A DNA stretch of 64,000 bases from Candidatus Falkowbacteria bacterium (lineage in GTDB: Bacteria > Patescibacteriota > Patescibacteriia > Patescibacteriales > GWE2-39-37), in NCBI GenBank assembly GCA_013336275.1, contig JAAXUA010000001.1:14167-78166 (forward strand), written 5' to 3'. How positions within the stretch are numbered: the stretch's first letter is position 1; each line of letters starts with the position of its first letter. Below the pieces are notes generated by a model. It had not been told where the DNA came from. It worked only from the letters and a program-made list of their open reading frames with translations, and did no database searches. Positions 41,339-50,841 of the stretch are shown here, piece after piece. The position numbers and the translations under genes are program-made.

Positions 41339-42538
41339 TTAGCCTTCGTATATTTTCTTGGTCTGTTCGAGCATCTTGTTGAACTTGAACAGGTGGTTGG
41401 CATCGTGTTGGGCTTGGGTCGCCAGGCGTTGCTTCTTGCTTGGATCGTTTATGAGTTCAGCGACTTTGGATGCTAGGGTTCTTGAATTTTGCGGATCAAT
41501 CAAGAGTCCATTAACCTGATCCGTAATCATATCCGGGATGCCGCCGACGCGAGTGGCGATGACCGGCAAACCGGCGCCCATCGCCTCGAGTATGGTGTAA
41601 GGAAAGCCTTCCTTTAGGGAGGTTGAGACGTAAAAATCGAAAGCCGGGAGAATTTCGGCGGCGTTAGCGATGCGACCGGCCAAGATGATTTTTTGGCTGA
41701 CATTGCCATCCATGGCGTTGTAATCCATCGGGTGGAATTTTATGATGCGGGCTTCCAAATCACCTCGCTCAGGACCTTCGCCGATCAGGATGGCCGTAAT
41801 CGGGAAGCCGTAATCGATGATGAGGTAATGCATCGCCTTGATGAGGTAATAGTAGCCCTTGGAAGGGTAGAGATTGCCGATGCTGCCGACAAGGATGGTC
41901 TTCTCGTCCGGCATCTGGGCATTCTCGATCAGACTGAAGAGCCTCTTTTTGGCGTCTTCTTTGGCGTAGTATTGATATTGCTTGATGTCGATCCCGTGAT
42001 AGATCAGGGAGAGTTTGCGCGGGTCGATATGGAGCAGTTTTTCCGCCTGCTCAATGTATGATTTGTTGATACAGATAATCTTGTCTTTGTATTTCTGGGT
42101 GTAGCGCTCCAGTCTTAGGAATATTTTTTGGGACAGCGAGCTGTCTGGCTCGTTAAAGGCCCAGCCGTGCGGCGAGTAGACGACCAGCGGCTTGGCTGAT
42201 CCTGATTTTTGGCAATGCACCGCGAACGAGCCGATGGTTGAAGCCTTGCGGCTGCTCAGATGCACGATGTTCGGCCGGATATCCCGTATCAGCTTTTTGA
42301 TGGCGCGGTAAGCCAAAAAATCGTGAAGAGGGGACATGCGGCGGACCAGGTGCGGCAAGACGAAATAGTTGATGCCAGCCTTTTCCAATAGGCTGCCGAA
42401 TTCGCCATCGCCGTTCTGACTGCCGAATACTACGACGATGTCGTACTCATTTTTCAGGTTTCTGGCCAGGTCCAGGATATAACGCTGTGACCCGCCTAAT
42501 TCTGATTCAGTGGTAATGTAAAGTATCTTCTTTTTCAT
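41339..42538 (-). CDS. Glycosyltransferase family 4
   Basis: EGFPYTILEAMGAGLPVIATRVGGIPDMI (E-x7-E region) and a GT-B layout. Confidence 0.9.
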   Translation of the reverse strand: MKKKILYITTESELGGSQRYILDLARNLKNEYDIVVVFGSQNGDGEFGSLLEKAGINYFVLPHLVRRMSPLHDFLAYRAIKKLIRDIRPNIVHLSSRKASTIGSFAVHCQKSGSAKPLVVYSPHGWAFNEPDSSLSQKIFLRLERYTQKYKDKIICINKSYIEQAEKLLHIDPRKLSLIYHGIDIKQYQYYAKEDAKKRLFSLIENAQMPDEKTILVGSIGNLYPSKGYYYLIKAMHYLIIDYGFPITAILIGEGPERGDLEARIIKFHPMDYNAMDGNVSQKIILAGRIANAAEILPAFDFYVSTSLKEGFPYTILEAMGAGLPVIATRVGGIPDMITDQVNGLLIDPQNSRTLASKVAELINDPSKKQRLATQAQHDANHLFKFNKMLEQTKKIYEG

Positions 42539-42690
42539 TTTTATTGACTTAACCTCCCTTTTTGGCGATAATTAGTGTAAGAAACCGATCGCGGTTTTCT
42601 TTATTTACGGCCAAGGAACATGAATTCCCGGCCGCACAAAAAGCTCTTAGCCCTTTTATCTTAGCATTTTTATTCTAATTTTTCAAAAAT

Positions 42691-43593
42691 ATGAGCAAAT
42701 GTTTAGTTACCGGCGGCGCCGGTTTTATCGGCTCCAATCTGGTCGACCAGCTGGTCAAGCTCGGCCATGAGGTCGTGATAATCGACGACTTGAAAGCAGG
42801 TAAACGGGAATATATCAACCCGGCAGCCGCCTTTCATCAGCTTGACATCCGCGACCTTGAAGCCATCAAGCCGGTTTTTGCCGGTATCGATTACGTCTTT
42901 CACTTGGCGGCTTGGCCAAGGGTCCAGCCTTCGATCCAGGATCCGGTGACCACCCATGAGGTCAATCTGACCGGCACCCTCAATGTTTTGGTGGCCGCCC
43001 GCGATGCGCAAGTCAAGAAGGTGGTCTATAGCTCTTCATCTTCCGTTTACGGCAACCAGGAGCAGATGCCTTTGACCGAAAGTATGCCGACCAACCCATT
43101 GTCTCCCTATGCTTTGCAGAAGCTTTGCGGGGAATTCTATTGCCGCCTGTTCAGCGAAGTCTATGGTTTGCCTACCGTTTGCTTGCGCTATTTCAATGTT
43201 TACGGCTATCGCCAGCCGCTGGAGGGTGCCTACACACTGGTCATTGGCATCTTCATCCGCCAGAAGCTGGCCGGCGAACCCTTGACCATAGTCGGTAATG
43301 GCGAACAGAAGCGCGATTACACTTCAGTCATCGATATTGTCCGCGCTAATATCATGGCCGCCGAGAGCGGCGTTAGCAAGGGCGAGTCCATCAACATCGG
43401 CCGCGGCCGTAATTTCAGTGTCAATGAGGTTGCGGCTATAATCGGCGGCCCGACCGCACCATTGCCAGAGCGGCTGGAGCCCAAGGTCACGTTGGCTGAT
43501 AATGGCCTGGCCAAAGAGCTTCTGGGCTGGGAGCCGACGGTCAATCTGCCGGAATGGCTGGAGGAGCACAAGAAGGAAATCGGCCTGGCATAA
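42691..43593 (+). CDS. NAD-dependent nucleotide-sugar epimerase/dehydratase (SDR)
   Basis: VTGGAGFIGSNLV, SSSSSVYG and YALQKLCGE (YxxxK). Confidence 0.9.
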   Translation: MSKCLVTGGAGFIGSNLVDQLVKLGHEVVIIDDLKAGKREYINPAAAFHQLDIRDLEAIKPVFAGIDYVFHLAAWPRVQPSIQDPVTTHEVNLTGTLNVLVAARDAQVKKVVYSSSSSVYGNQEQMPLTESMPTNPLSPYALQKLCGEFYCRLFSEVYGLPTVCLRYFNVYGYRQPLEGAYTLVIGIFIRQKLAGEPLTIVGNGEQKRDYTSVIDIVRANIMAAESGVSKGESINIGRGRNFSVNEVAAIIGGPTAPLPERLEPKVTLADNGLAKELLGWEPTVNLPEWLEEHKKEIGLA

Positions 43594-43656
43594 GATGCGA
43601 ATTAAATCATTCTCATAAAAACCTGATCAGAAATAGGAGGTTTTTTTATTTGCCAT

Positions 43657-44514
43657 ATGGGGAAAACAAGTATCGGATTCATCGGCCAAGGCTGGATCGG
43701 CCGCAATTATGCCAATGACTTTGAAAAAAGGGGGTATGACGTCGTCCGCTATTCATTAGAGCAGGAATTTTCGGGCAACGGAGAAAAAATCGCCGCTTGC
43801 GACATTGTTTTCATTGCCGTGCCGACCCCGACTACGCCCGACGGATTCGATGACAGTTATGTCAGCGATGCGCTGAAGAATGTCGGTGCCGGCAGCACGG
43901 CTGTCATCAAATCGACAATCTTACCCGGAACGACCGAGGCGTTGCAACAGCGTTATCCAAACGTATTCGTTATGCATTCGCCGGAGTTCTTGGTTGAAAA
44001 GACTGCCGCCTATGACGCGGCCAATCCGACCAGAAACATTATCGGCATACCGATTGAAAATCAGGAATATCGGACACGGGCCGAAAGAGTGCTTAGCGTC
44101 TTGCCGAAAGCGCCTTTCGAACTGATTTGTTCATCCAAGGAGGCTGAACTGATAAAGTATGGCGCTAATGTATTTTTGTATATCAAGGTCATATATGCGA
44201 ATTTGCTTTATGATCTGGCCGATAAGTCTGGCTGCGACTGGGAAAAGGTTAGGGACATGGTCTCGGCTGATCCGAGAATCGGCAAGAGCCACATGAACCC
44301 TGTTGACGACAGCGGCCGCGGTGCCGGCGGGCATTGCTTCATCAAGGATTTCGAGGCCTTCGCACGATTATATCAATCAGTTGTCGGTGATGTGCCGGGA
44401 ATGGAGGTCCTAGGGAGCATTAGGGATAAGAATATTGACTTATTGCTGAAAAGCCAGAAAAACTTGGAGTTGTTGAAGGAGGTGTATGGTGAGAAAATAA
44501 GAGAAAGTTATTAA
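43657..44514 (+). CDS. Nucleotide-sugar dehydrogenase-like protein (UDP-glucose/GDP-mannose dehydrogenase family), short form
   Basis: IGFIGQGWIG, IAVPTP, IKSTILPGT, SPEFLVEKTAAYD and GGHCFIKD (catalytic Cys context). It ends before the usual C-terminal UDP-binding domain. Confidence 0.7.
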   Translation: MGKTSIGFIGQGWIGRNYANDFEKRGYDVVRYSLEQEFSGNGEKIAACDIVFIAVPTPTTPDGFDDSYVSDALKNVGAGSTAVIKSTILPGTTEALQQRYPNVFVMHSPEFLVEKTAAYDAANPTRNIIGIPIENQEYRTRAERVLSVLPKAPFELICSSKEAELIKYGANVFLYIKVIYANLLYDLADKSGCDWEKVRDMVSADPRIGKSHMNPVDDSGRGAGGHCFIKDFEAFARLYQSVVGDVPGMEVLGSIRDKNIDLLLKSQKNLELLKEVYGEKIRESY

Positions 44515-44582
44515 TAATTTTTTTACCTAACATTAAATAAATTTGTGTTAATTTTCAAAGCCGGCAAGACGGCCAGTTCTTA

Positions 44583-44611
44583 TTGACACCCAGTGACACC
44601 TAAAATATAAT
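44583..44611 (+). promoter_or_regulatory. Consensus sigma-70 promoter giving a leaderless transcript
   Basis: TTGACA (44583-44588), 17-nt spacer, TATAAT (44606-44611). ATG 44618 follows after 6 nt with no SD. Confidence 0.6.
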
Positions 44612-44617
44612 ATAAGA

Positions 44618-44866
44618 ATGACTCAAGAAATCTTGCCAAACGCCGTATATACTACTGAGGAAGCAGAAAAATTGCTTAAGATCAGTAATAGCACCATGAA
44701 ACGGATGCTGAAAAACGGGCTAATCAAGGCCAATAAGGTCGGCAAACAATACCGTATCTTGGGGCTGGAGCTCTTGCGATTAGTGTCTCCCAAAGTTGAG
44801 AAGAAAGCTATTGAAAAATATTTGAATCTGAAGAAGAAAGTCATCGAAAAGACCAGCAGCTGGTAA
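44618..44866 (+). CDS. Small helix-turn-helix DNA-binding protein (HTH_17/excisionase-like)
   Basis: YTTEEAEKLLKISNSTMKRMLKNGLIKANKVGKQYRI. Confidence 0.7.
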   Translation: MTQEILPNAVYTTEEAEKLLKISNSTMKRMLKNGLIKANKVGKQYRILGLELLRLVSPKVEKKAIEKYLNLKKKVIEKTSSW

Positions 44867-44927
44867 GTATTCGGCGGCTTTTTTATTTTGATAGCAGGGA
44901 TTTTAAAATTAATATTCACAACAAAAA

Positions 44928-45329
44928 ATGGAACGCATCTTGAACTTCGTAAAGACGAATTACCGGCAGTTCGGCAAGTATTTCATTGTCGGCTCTTCGG
45001 GGCTGGTCATTGACATGAGCACGTTGATCTATCTCAAGGAGATTTGGGGCTTTGAACCTCTGACTGCAGTCGTCGTCAATCAGATTTTTTTGCTGATCTA
45101 TATCTTTACCCTGAATAAGTATTGGTCGTTCAAGGAGAAATCCCTGCCGCATAAGCAGATTGTCAGGTTCGCAATCTTGGCCGGATTCAACTACACCTTC
45201 GCTGTCGCTTCCATGTATCTCTTCAACCACAAGCTGGGGTTCGACTACCGTCTAGTCCGCATGGGCAGCATCGCCATGATGGTGACGTGGAACTTTTTCC
45301 TTTATAAACACTGGGTCTACAAAGAATAA
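44928..45329 (+). CDS. GtrA-family membrane protein
   Basis: 133-aa, four-TM protein with a GtrA-like N-terminus (FGKYFIVGSSGLVIDM) and W..KHWVY end. It sits in a glycan cluster. Confidence 0.75.
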   Translation: MERILNFVKTNYRQFGKYFIVGSSGLVIDMSTLIYLKEIWGFEPLTAVVVNQIFLLIYIFTLNKYWSFKEKSLPHKQIVRFAILAGFNYTFAVASMYLFNHKLGFDYRLVRMGSIAMMVTWNFFLYKHWVYKE

Positions 45330-45330
45330 T

Positions 45331-46746
45331 ATGCCTAAAAAAGACGTAAAAGAGTATTTCGACAAAATCGCGGATAAGCGCGACAAGTGGCGGGCCAGAA
45401 GCAGCTATTATCATGACGACATCAAATCATTGATGCGTTTCATTGTGCCGGCAGAGGCTTCGGTCTTGGAAATCGGCACGGCGACCGGCGACGTTTTAGC
45501 GCACCTCAAGCCCACCAGGGGGCTGGGAGTCGATATCAGCGAGGGCATGATCGGTATCGCACGCAAGAAATATCCGGATTTGCGCTTCGAGGTCGCCGAC
45601 GCGGAAAATATTAAAATAGATGAGAAATTTGATTATATCCTGCTGTCCGACATGATCAGCTTTTTTGATGACATCCAGGGTGTTTTTAAGGAACTTCACA
45701 AAGTATCTGATCATGGGTCGAGAATCGTGATTACCTATTACAATTATCTTTGGGAGCCGGTCATGGCCTTGGCCGAGAAGATTGGCCTCAAGATGCCTCA
45801 GCCGGTGCAGAATTGGATCACCAAGCACGACGTGGAAAATTTGCTGTACCTCTCCGGTTTCGAAATCGTTAAGACCGGCCAGCGCCTGCTGATTCCTAAA
45901 TATATACCAGTGCTGTCGTGGCTGTTCAACAAGTATCTGGCCAAGATGCCGCTAATCAAGCGTCTGTGCTTGGTCAATTATTGCGTCGCCCGCCAGCGGG
46001 CGGAAAAATACAGTTCCACGATCGCGCCCGAATCGGTTTCGGTTGTCATACCAGCACGCAATGAGAAGGGAAATATCGAGGATGCGGTCAAGCGTGTGCC
46101 TAATATGGGTTCACACACTGAGATTATCTTCGTCGAGGGCAACTCGACAGATGATACGCTGGAAGAGATGAAGCGGGTCCAGGCGGCTTACCCGGATAAA
46201 GACATCAAAGTCTTCGTCCAAGAAGGCAAGGGCAAGGGTGATGCCGTGCGTAAGGGTTTTAAGAACGCGACTGGCGACATCTTGATGATCCTCGACGCCG
46301 ACCTGACCGTGCGTCCGGAGGAACTGCCTAAGTTCTATGAAGCGCTCAATCAGTCGGCCGGAGAATTTATCAACGGCTCGCGCCTGGTCTACCAGCTTGA
46401 GGATGACTCGATGCGCTTCCTGAACATCTTGGGCAACAAGTTCTTCAGCTCGATGTTCAGCTGGCTATTGGATCAGGAGATCAAGGACACCCTCTGCGGC
46501 ACCAAGGTCCTGCGCCGGACAGAGTACGAGAAGATCATCAAGGGCCGGAGCTTCTTCGGCGACTTCGATCCTTTCGGCGACTTCGACCTGCTTTTCGGCG
46601 CCGCCAAGCTCAATCTCAAGATCGTCGATTTGCCTATCAGATATCAGGCCCGCGTCTACGGCGAGACCAACATCTCGCGCTTCCGCCACGGCTGGATCCT
46701 TTTGAAGATGTGTTTCTTTGCCATGAAAAAGATTAAATTCATCTGA
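45331..46746 (+). CDS. Fusion: class I SAM methyltransferase + GT2 glycosyltransferase
   Basis: N-terminus VLEIGTATGD...DYILLSD. C-terminus VSVVIPARNEKGNI, VEGNSTDDT, ILDADLT. Confidence 0.85.
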   Translation: MPKKDVKEYFDKIADKRDKWRARSSYYHDDIKSLMRFIVPAEASVLEIGTATGDVLAHLKPTRGLGVDISEGMIGIARKKYPDLRFEVADAENIKIDEKFDYILLSDMISFFDDIQGVFKELHKVSDHGSRIVITYYNYLWEPVMALAEKIGLKMPQPVQNWITKHDVENLLYLSGFEIVKTGQRLLIPKYIPVLSWLFNKYLAKMPLIKRLCLVNYCVARQRAEKYSSTIAPESVSVVIPARNEKGNIEDAVKRVPNMGSHTEIIFVEGNSTDDTLEEMKRVQAAYPDKDIKVFVQEGKGKGDAVRKGFKNATGDILMILDADLTVRPEELPKFYEALNQSAGEFINGSRLVYQLEDDSMRFLNILGNKFFSSMFSWLLDQEIKDTLCGTKVLRRTEYEKIIKGRSFFGDFDPFGDFDLLFGAAKLNLKIVDLPIRYQARVYGETNISRFRHGWILLKMCFFAMKKIKFI

Positions 46747-48587
46747 TGCTCAAGGATTTCCTGGACAAAAGGATTAGGCGCAAGACCAATTCAGGCTTCT
46801 TCATGCCGGAAATCGACGGCTTGAGATTCCTAGCGATCCTGATGGTCGTCTGCATCCACGTCTACGGCTTCGTCCTGGTCAAATATCCATATCCGGGCGA
46901 GCTCGGTTATCCGATTTTCAGAGGATTCTTTGAAAACGGCTTCAAAGGGGTGGAATTATTCTTCGTAATCAGCGGCTTCATCCTGGCTCTGCCGTTCGCC
47001 AAGCACCTGCTCAAGGGCGGCGCCAAGGTCGATATCAGAAAGTTCTATCTGCGGCGGCTGACCAGGCTCGAGCCGCCTTACATGATCGCGCTGTTCGCGA
47101 CCTTCTTCCTGCTGATTATCAAGCATAAGTACGATTTCGCCGGGCTGTTTCCCGGATTGCTCGCCTCGGTCTTTTATCTGCATAATTTCTTTGATACCTT
47201 GCCTTGGGTCAACGGGGTGACCTGGTCGCTGGAGATAGAGATGCAATTCTATCTCTTGGCCCCTTTTATCGCAGCAGTCTTCGGCTTATCGCCCAAAAGG
47301 AGAAGGGCGCTGCTAGCCGGCCTGATTTTCTTATTGCCGGCAATCCAGGCCTTTTTCCCGACCGACCACCGCTCGTTATATAATTTTCTGCAATATTTCC
47401 TGGTCGGCTATCTTTTGGTCGATTTTTATCTGAGCGGGCTAACCAAGACTTGGTCCAAGAGCTTGAACGGTCTCGCCGGCGTTTGCTTACTGATTTTGAT
47501 AATCTATCTACCGATTTCGGATAAGTTCATCGGGGTTAGGGCTGGGGAGCCGCTGTACTATCAGTTCATTTATTTGGCCGCGATTTTCCTGTTTTATCTC
47601 CTGGTTTTGTCCGAAGGGCTTTGGAAAAAGATATTCAGCAACAGCCTCGTGGCCGCGATAGGCGGCATGTGCTACACCATATATCTGTGGCACGAGTTGG
47701 TGATTTCGGCAGTCGGCAATAAGAGCATCCATATTTTCACCGGAGGGGGGGGCGCTTTGCCGGTGGTGGTCATGGTTCAGCTTTTAATCATCCTGCCGGC
47801 AACGGTGTTAGTGAGTTTATTTTTCTATGTTACAATAGAAAGACCCTGCATGGATCAGATGTGGGTTAAGAATTTGATTATGTTTTTATTCAAACTAGCC
47901 AATCGGCTCTTCAGTATCCAGTGGCTCTACAAGCCGCTTTATTTCATGTACAAGCGTTTTTCCGACCGTGACAAGATCGCTTTTCTGCGCGACAAGATCA
48001 ATCCAGGCATGACCGTCGTGGACATTGGAGCCAACATCGGCTTTTACACCATTCTGCTTTCGAAGCTGGTCGGCAAGACCGGAAAGGTCTACGCTTTCGA
48101 GCCGGAAAAAAGGAATTTCGACCTGCTCAAGAAATACGCCGCCGGATTAGATAATGTCGTACTGATCGACAAGGCTGTTGGCGAGAAGACCGGCAAGATT
48201 AAGCTGTACAAATCGAAGGATCTGAATGTCGATCATCAGACATATGATATCGGAGAGGGAAGGACTATCGAAGAGATCGATTGCGTCGCCATCGATGATT
48301 TCTTAGCCGATCAGCCGAAAGTCGATTTCATCAAGATCGATATCCAGGGCTATGACTTCTTCGCTATCAAGGGGATGGCCAAAATTTTGGCAGGAAACAG
48401 CCTGTCGATCATCGGCGAGTTCTGGCCTTATGGCCTAGAGAAGGCCGGTGTGGCCCCAGAGGAATATCTGGATTTCTTGAAGAGCCTCGGCTACAGGCTT
48501 ACGGAATTCGGCAGCGACAAGGATTTTACATATGAGATCAAGGGCGACCCCAAGCTTTATTATCTTGATTATCTGGCGATCAAATGA
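46746..48587 (+). CDS. Fusion: membrane acyltransferase-3 family O-acyltransferase + FkbM-type methyltransferase
   Basis: EIDGLRFLAILMVVCIHV and multiple TM segments. C-terminus VVDIGANIGFYT..VYAFEPEKRNF. ATGA overlap with the upstream gene. Confidence 0.85.
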   Translation: MLKDFLDKRIRRKTNSGFFMPEIDGLRFLAILMVVCIHVYGFVLVKYPYPGELGYPIFRGFFENGFKGVELFFVISGFILALPFAKHLLKGGAKVDIRKFYLRRLTRLEPPYMIALFATFFLLIIKHKYDFAGLFPGLLASVFYLHNFFDTLPWVNGVTWSLEIEMQFYLLAPFIAAVFGLSPKRRRALLAGLIFLLPAIQAFFPTDHRSLYNFLQYFLVGYLLVDFYLSGLTKTWSKSLNGLAGVCLLILIIYLPISDKFIGVRAGEPLYYQFIYLAAIFLFYLLVLSEGLWKKIFSNSLVAAIGGMCYTIYLWHELVISAVGNKSIHIFTGGGGALPVVVMVQLLIILPATVLVSLFFYVTIERPCMDQMWVKNLIMFLFKLANRLFSIQWLYKPLYFMYKRFSDRDKIAFLRDKINPGMTVVDIGANIGFYTILLSKLVGKTGKVYAFEPEKRNFDLLKKYAAGLDNVVLIDKAVGEKTGKIKLYKSKDLNVDHQTYDIGEGRTIEEIDCVAIDDFLADQPKVDFIKIDIQGYDFFAIKGMAKILAGNSLSIIGEFWPYGLEKAGVAPEEYLDFLKSLGYRLTEFGSDKDFTYEIKGDPKLYYLDYLAIK

Positions 48588-50188
48588 GTAAGCTGACCAG
48601 CCATCTTGAGGAGTGCTTCAAGGCAAACCGGCCGTTGGCCGGTTTGTTGGCGGTTTATTTTGCGGTCGCCGCCTATCATTTTTTCAGACAAGGGCTGGTC
48701 CATTTTGACGAGGCGCTTTTCGTCGTAGTCGTTAACACTTATTCCAGCATTATCCACGAAGCTCTGACCAATTGGCGCGGGCTGTTCGGCTCAGGCTTTC
48801 TGGGGCAGCTCATGGCCGACTACGGCAACATCTACACCTCGGCCAGGCCATCCTACATCTTGCCGGCCGTGCTGGCTGACGCGTTCGTCCCGGCACAATT
48901 CGTGACCAGGCTTTTGAATCTCCTAGCGGGTGCTGGCACGGTAATCTATTTCTATCGCATCCAGGATTTTTTCAGTATCGATAAGACCCTGAAGTTCTTT
49001 TCAACCCTGCTGTTGATTATTTCGCCTCTCTTCCTGATGTACGGCCGCATCGGGCTGTCGCAGTATTTATCAGCTTTCCTTTTACTGGCGACAGTCTTCC
49101 ATCTTCTGCGCTTCGTTGACAAAGGCGAGCGCCGGGAGTTGAAAATAGCATCGGTCTTCCTCTCACTCTTGCTCATGAGCCACTACAATATCCTACCCGT
49201 TGTTTTCCTTATCTGCGTGTTCGTCTTGTTTCATCTTTTTAAAACCAAAAAACCAGTCAGCGATTATCTGACTTTCGCCAGCAATTTCCTTTTTCTGCCC
49301 TTGGTCTGGGAGGCGATTACCCGATTGGGCGTATTCCTGGCTAGCTACAAGAATCTGGTCGCCCTGGGCGGCGATCAGCGCCTTTATTCGTATTTCCAGG
49401 AGGTGATCAATCAGCTTAGCGGCGTGAGCAGCACCAAGGGATTCGCCCTGGACCAGCCGCTGTACTATTTCAAACTATTGTTCCAGACCGAAGGTTTAGT
49501 TTTTTCTATCCTGCTCGCTGCCGCCCTGTTCTGGATACTCCTTAATATCAGAAAGATAAGATATGGCTACATCTTCGTTTTGGCCTATTTTTTCATTGTC
49601 TTCTTTTCCTTGTCATATCTTAAATTCCCTCGCAATTTCGTAACCATCCTGCCATTGGTTTATCTCTCCATCCCTGTAGCTTTGCAGCATTTCCTGACCA
49701 CTCGCCGTAACAGCGCAAAAAGAATCGCGCCAGCAATCCTGATTCTGGTCCTGGTTATCGGAGCAGGGATCAATTATCGCAACTATCGGGCGATATACGG
49801 ACTAAAGACGAATTTCCAGGAGATTGCCCGGTGGATCACGAAAAAATACGACAAGGATTCGACGCTGGTACTGACCTCGATTCCGCCGGTCTATCGCGTT
49901 TATCTGCCTGGTTATCGCGTAGAGGGCGTGTATGAGCCGTCATCTTGGCAGGAGCAGGCCAAAGGCAAAAAGAATATCATCTACGTCAGGGATTACACCA
50001 CAACCATGAACGCATATGATTTAGACGTGTCCGGATATCGTTTCAAAACCGTTCAAGAGTTTGAAGATAACGTGCACGACCTGCCGCCTTTGATCTTGGA
50101 ATATTATTACCGCAGCGCTGCTGACAGCCAGAAGATGATCGACGGCACGCGCGGCGGCCGCGACAAGATCATTGAGCTGTCACTTTAA
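48584..50188 (+). CDS. Polytopic membrane protein, probable GT-C fold glycosyltransferase
   Basis: Many TM segments, with an acidic VHFDEALF motif in the first loop and a soluble C-terminal domain. The assignment is by architecture. Confidence 0.6.
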   Translation: MSKLTSHLEECFKANRPLAGLLAVYFAVAAYHFFRQGLVHFDEALFVVVVNTYSSIIHEALTNWRGLFGSGFLGQLMADYGNIYTSARPSYILPAVLADAFVPAQFVTRLLNLLAGAGTVIYFYRIQDFFSIDKTLKFFSTLLLIISPLFLMYGRIGLSQYLSAFLLLATVFHLLRFVDKGERRELKIASVFLSLLLMSHYNILPVVFLICVFVLFHLFKTKKPVSDYLTFASNFLFLPLVWEAITRLGVFLASYKNLVALGGDQRLYSYFQEVINQLSGVSSTKGFALDQPLYYFKLLFQTEGLVFSILLAAALFWILLNIRKIRYGYIFVLAYFFIVFFSLSYLKFPRNFVTILPLVYLSIPVALQHFLTTRRNSAKRIAPAILILVLVIGAGINYRNYRAIYGLKTNFQEIARWITKKYDKDSTLVLTSIPPVYRVYLPGYRVEGVYEPSSWQEQAKGKKNIIYVRDYTTTMNAYDLDVSGYRFKTVQEFEDNVHDLPPLILEYYYRSAADSQKMIDGTRGGRDKIIELSL

Positions 50189-50214
50189 GAATCGAATTAA
50201 TAAGAATAAACAAT

Positions 50215-50841
50215 ATGGATTTGGAAAAAATCGTCCCCGAGTATCATTCGAATAACTTTCTCGTGACCTGGCTGTTCCACAAGCGCTTGGCGACTTCAAT
50301 CTCGTTGTCGGAGACGGTTTTAAAGATGGATGGCGCCAAGATTCTCGACGTCGGCTGCGGCGAAGGTTTGCTGATGAAGATGATTGAAGGGAAATATGCT
50401 GGCGTGCAAACCTTCGGCATGGATAACGACAAGGATGTGCTCGCTTTGAAAGGCAAGGTCAAAGGCGAGGTGTCAGTCGGTGACATCAACCGGCTTGAGT
50501 ACGCTGACAACACGTTCGATGCGGCTTATTGCCTCGATGTTCTGGAGCATATCGAAGACTTGTCCAAGCCAGGTTCGGAGTTGGCAAGAGTCCTGAAGCC
50601 CGGCGGCCTCTTGATTATCAGCGGTCCGACCGAGAGTCCGATCTACAAACTTCTCCGATGGGTTATCAAAGGTACCTTCTCCAGCATCGAGGGGCCAGCA
50701 GCCAGTCCGCACCTGCTGAATATCTATCAGATAGAGAAATTTTTCAAAGGCGCGAAGTTCGCGTTGGTATCTAAAAAAAGCCTTCCGCTTATTCGTCCGC
50801 TCAATCTGTTCAACTTATTAGCCTTCAAGAATGAAAAATAA
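50215..50841 (+). CDS. Class I SAM-dependent methyltransferase
   Basis: ILDVGCGEGLL, FDAAYCLDVLEHI, LKPGGLLIIS. Confidence 0.85.
   Translation: MDLEKIVPEYHSNNFLVTWLFHKRLATSISLSETVLKMDGAKILDVGCGEGLLMKMIEGKYAGVQTFGMDNDKDVLALKGKVKGEVSVGDINRLEYADNTFDAAYCLDVLEHIEDLSKPGSELARVLKPGGLLIISGPTESPIYKLLRWVIKGTFSSIEGPAASPHLLNIYQIEKFFKGAKFALVSKKSLPLIRPLNLFNLLAFKNEK

Noticed and set aside
25091-44866. Two HTH_17/excisionase-like genes bracketing the surface-protein region as a sign of an integrated mobile element
   Set aside because: No integrase, recombinase, transposase, att-like direct repeats or intact tRNA gene was seen. Small HTH genes alone are insufficient.
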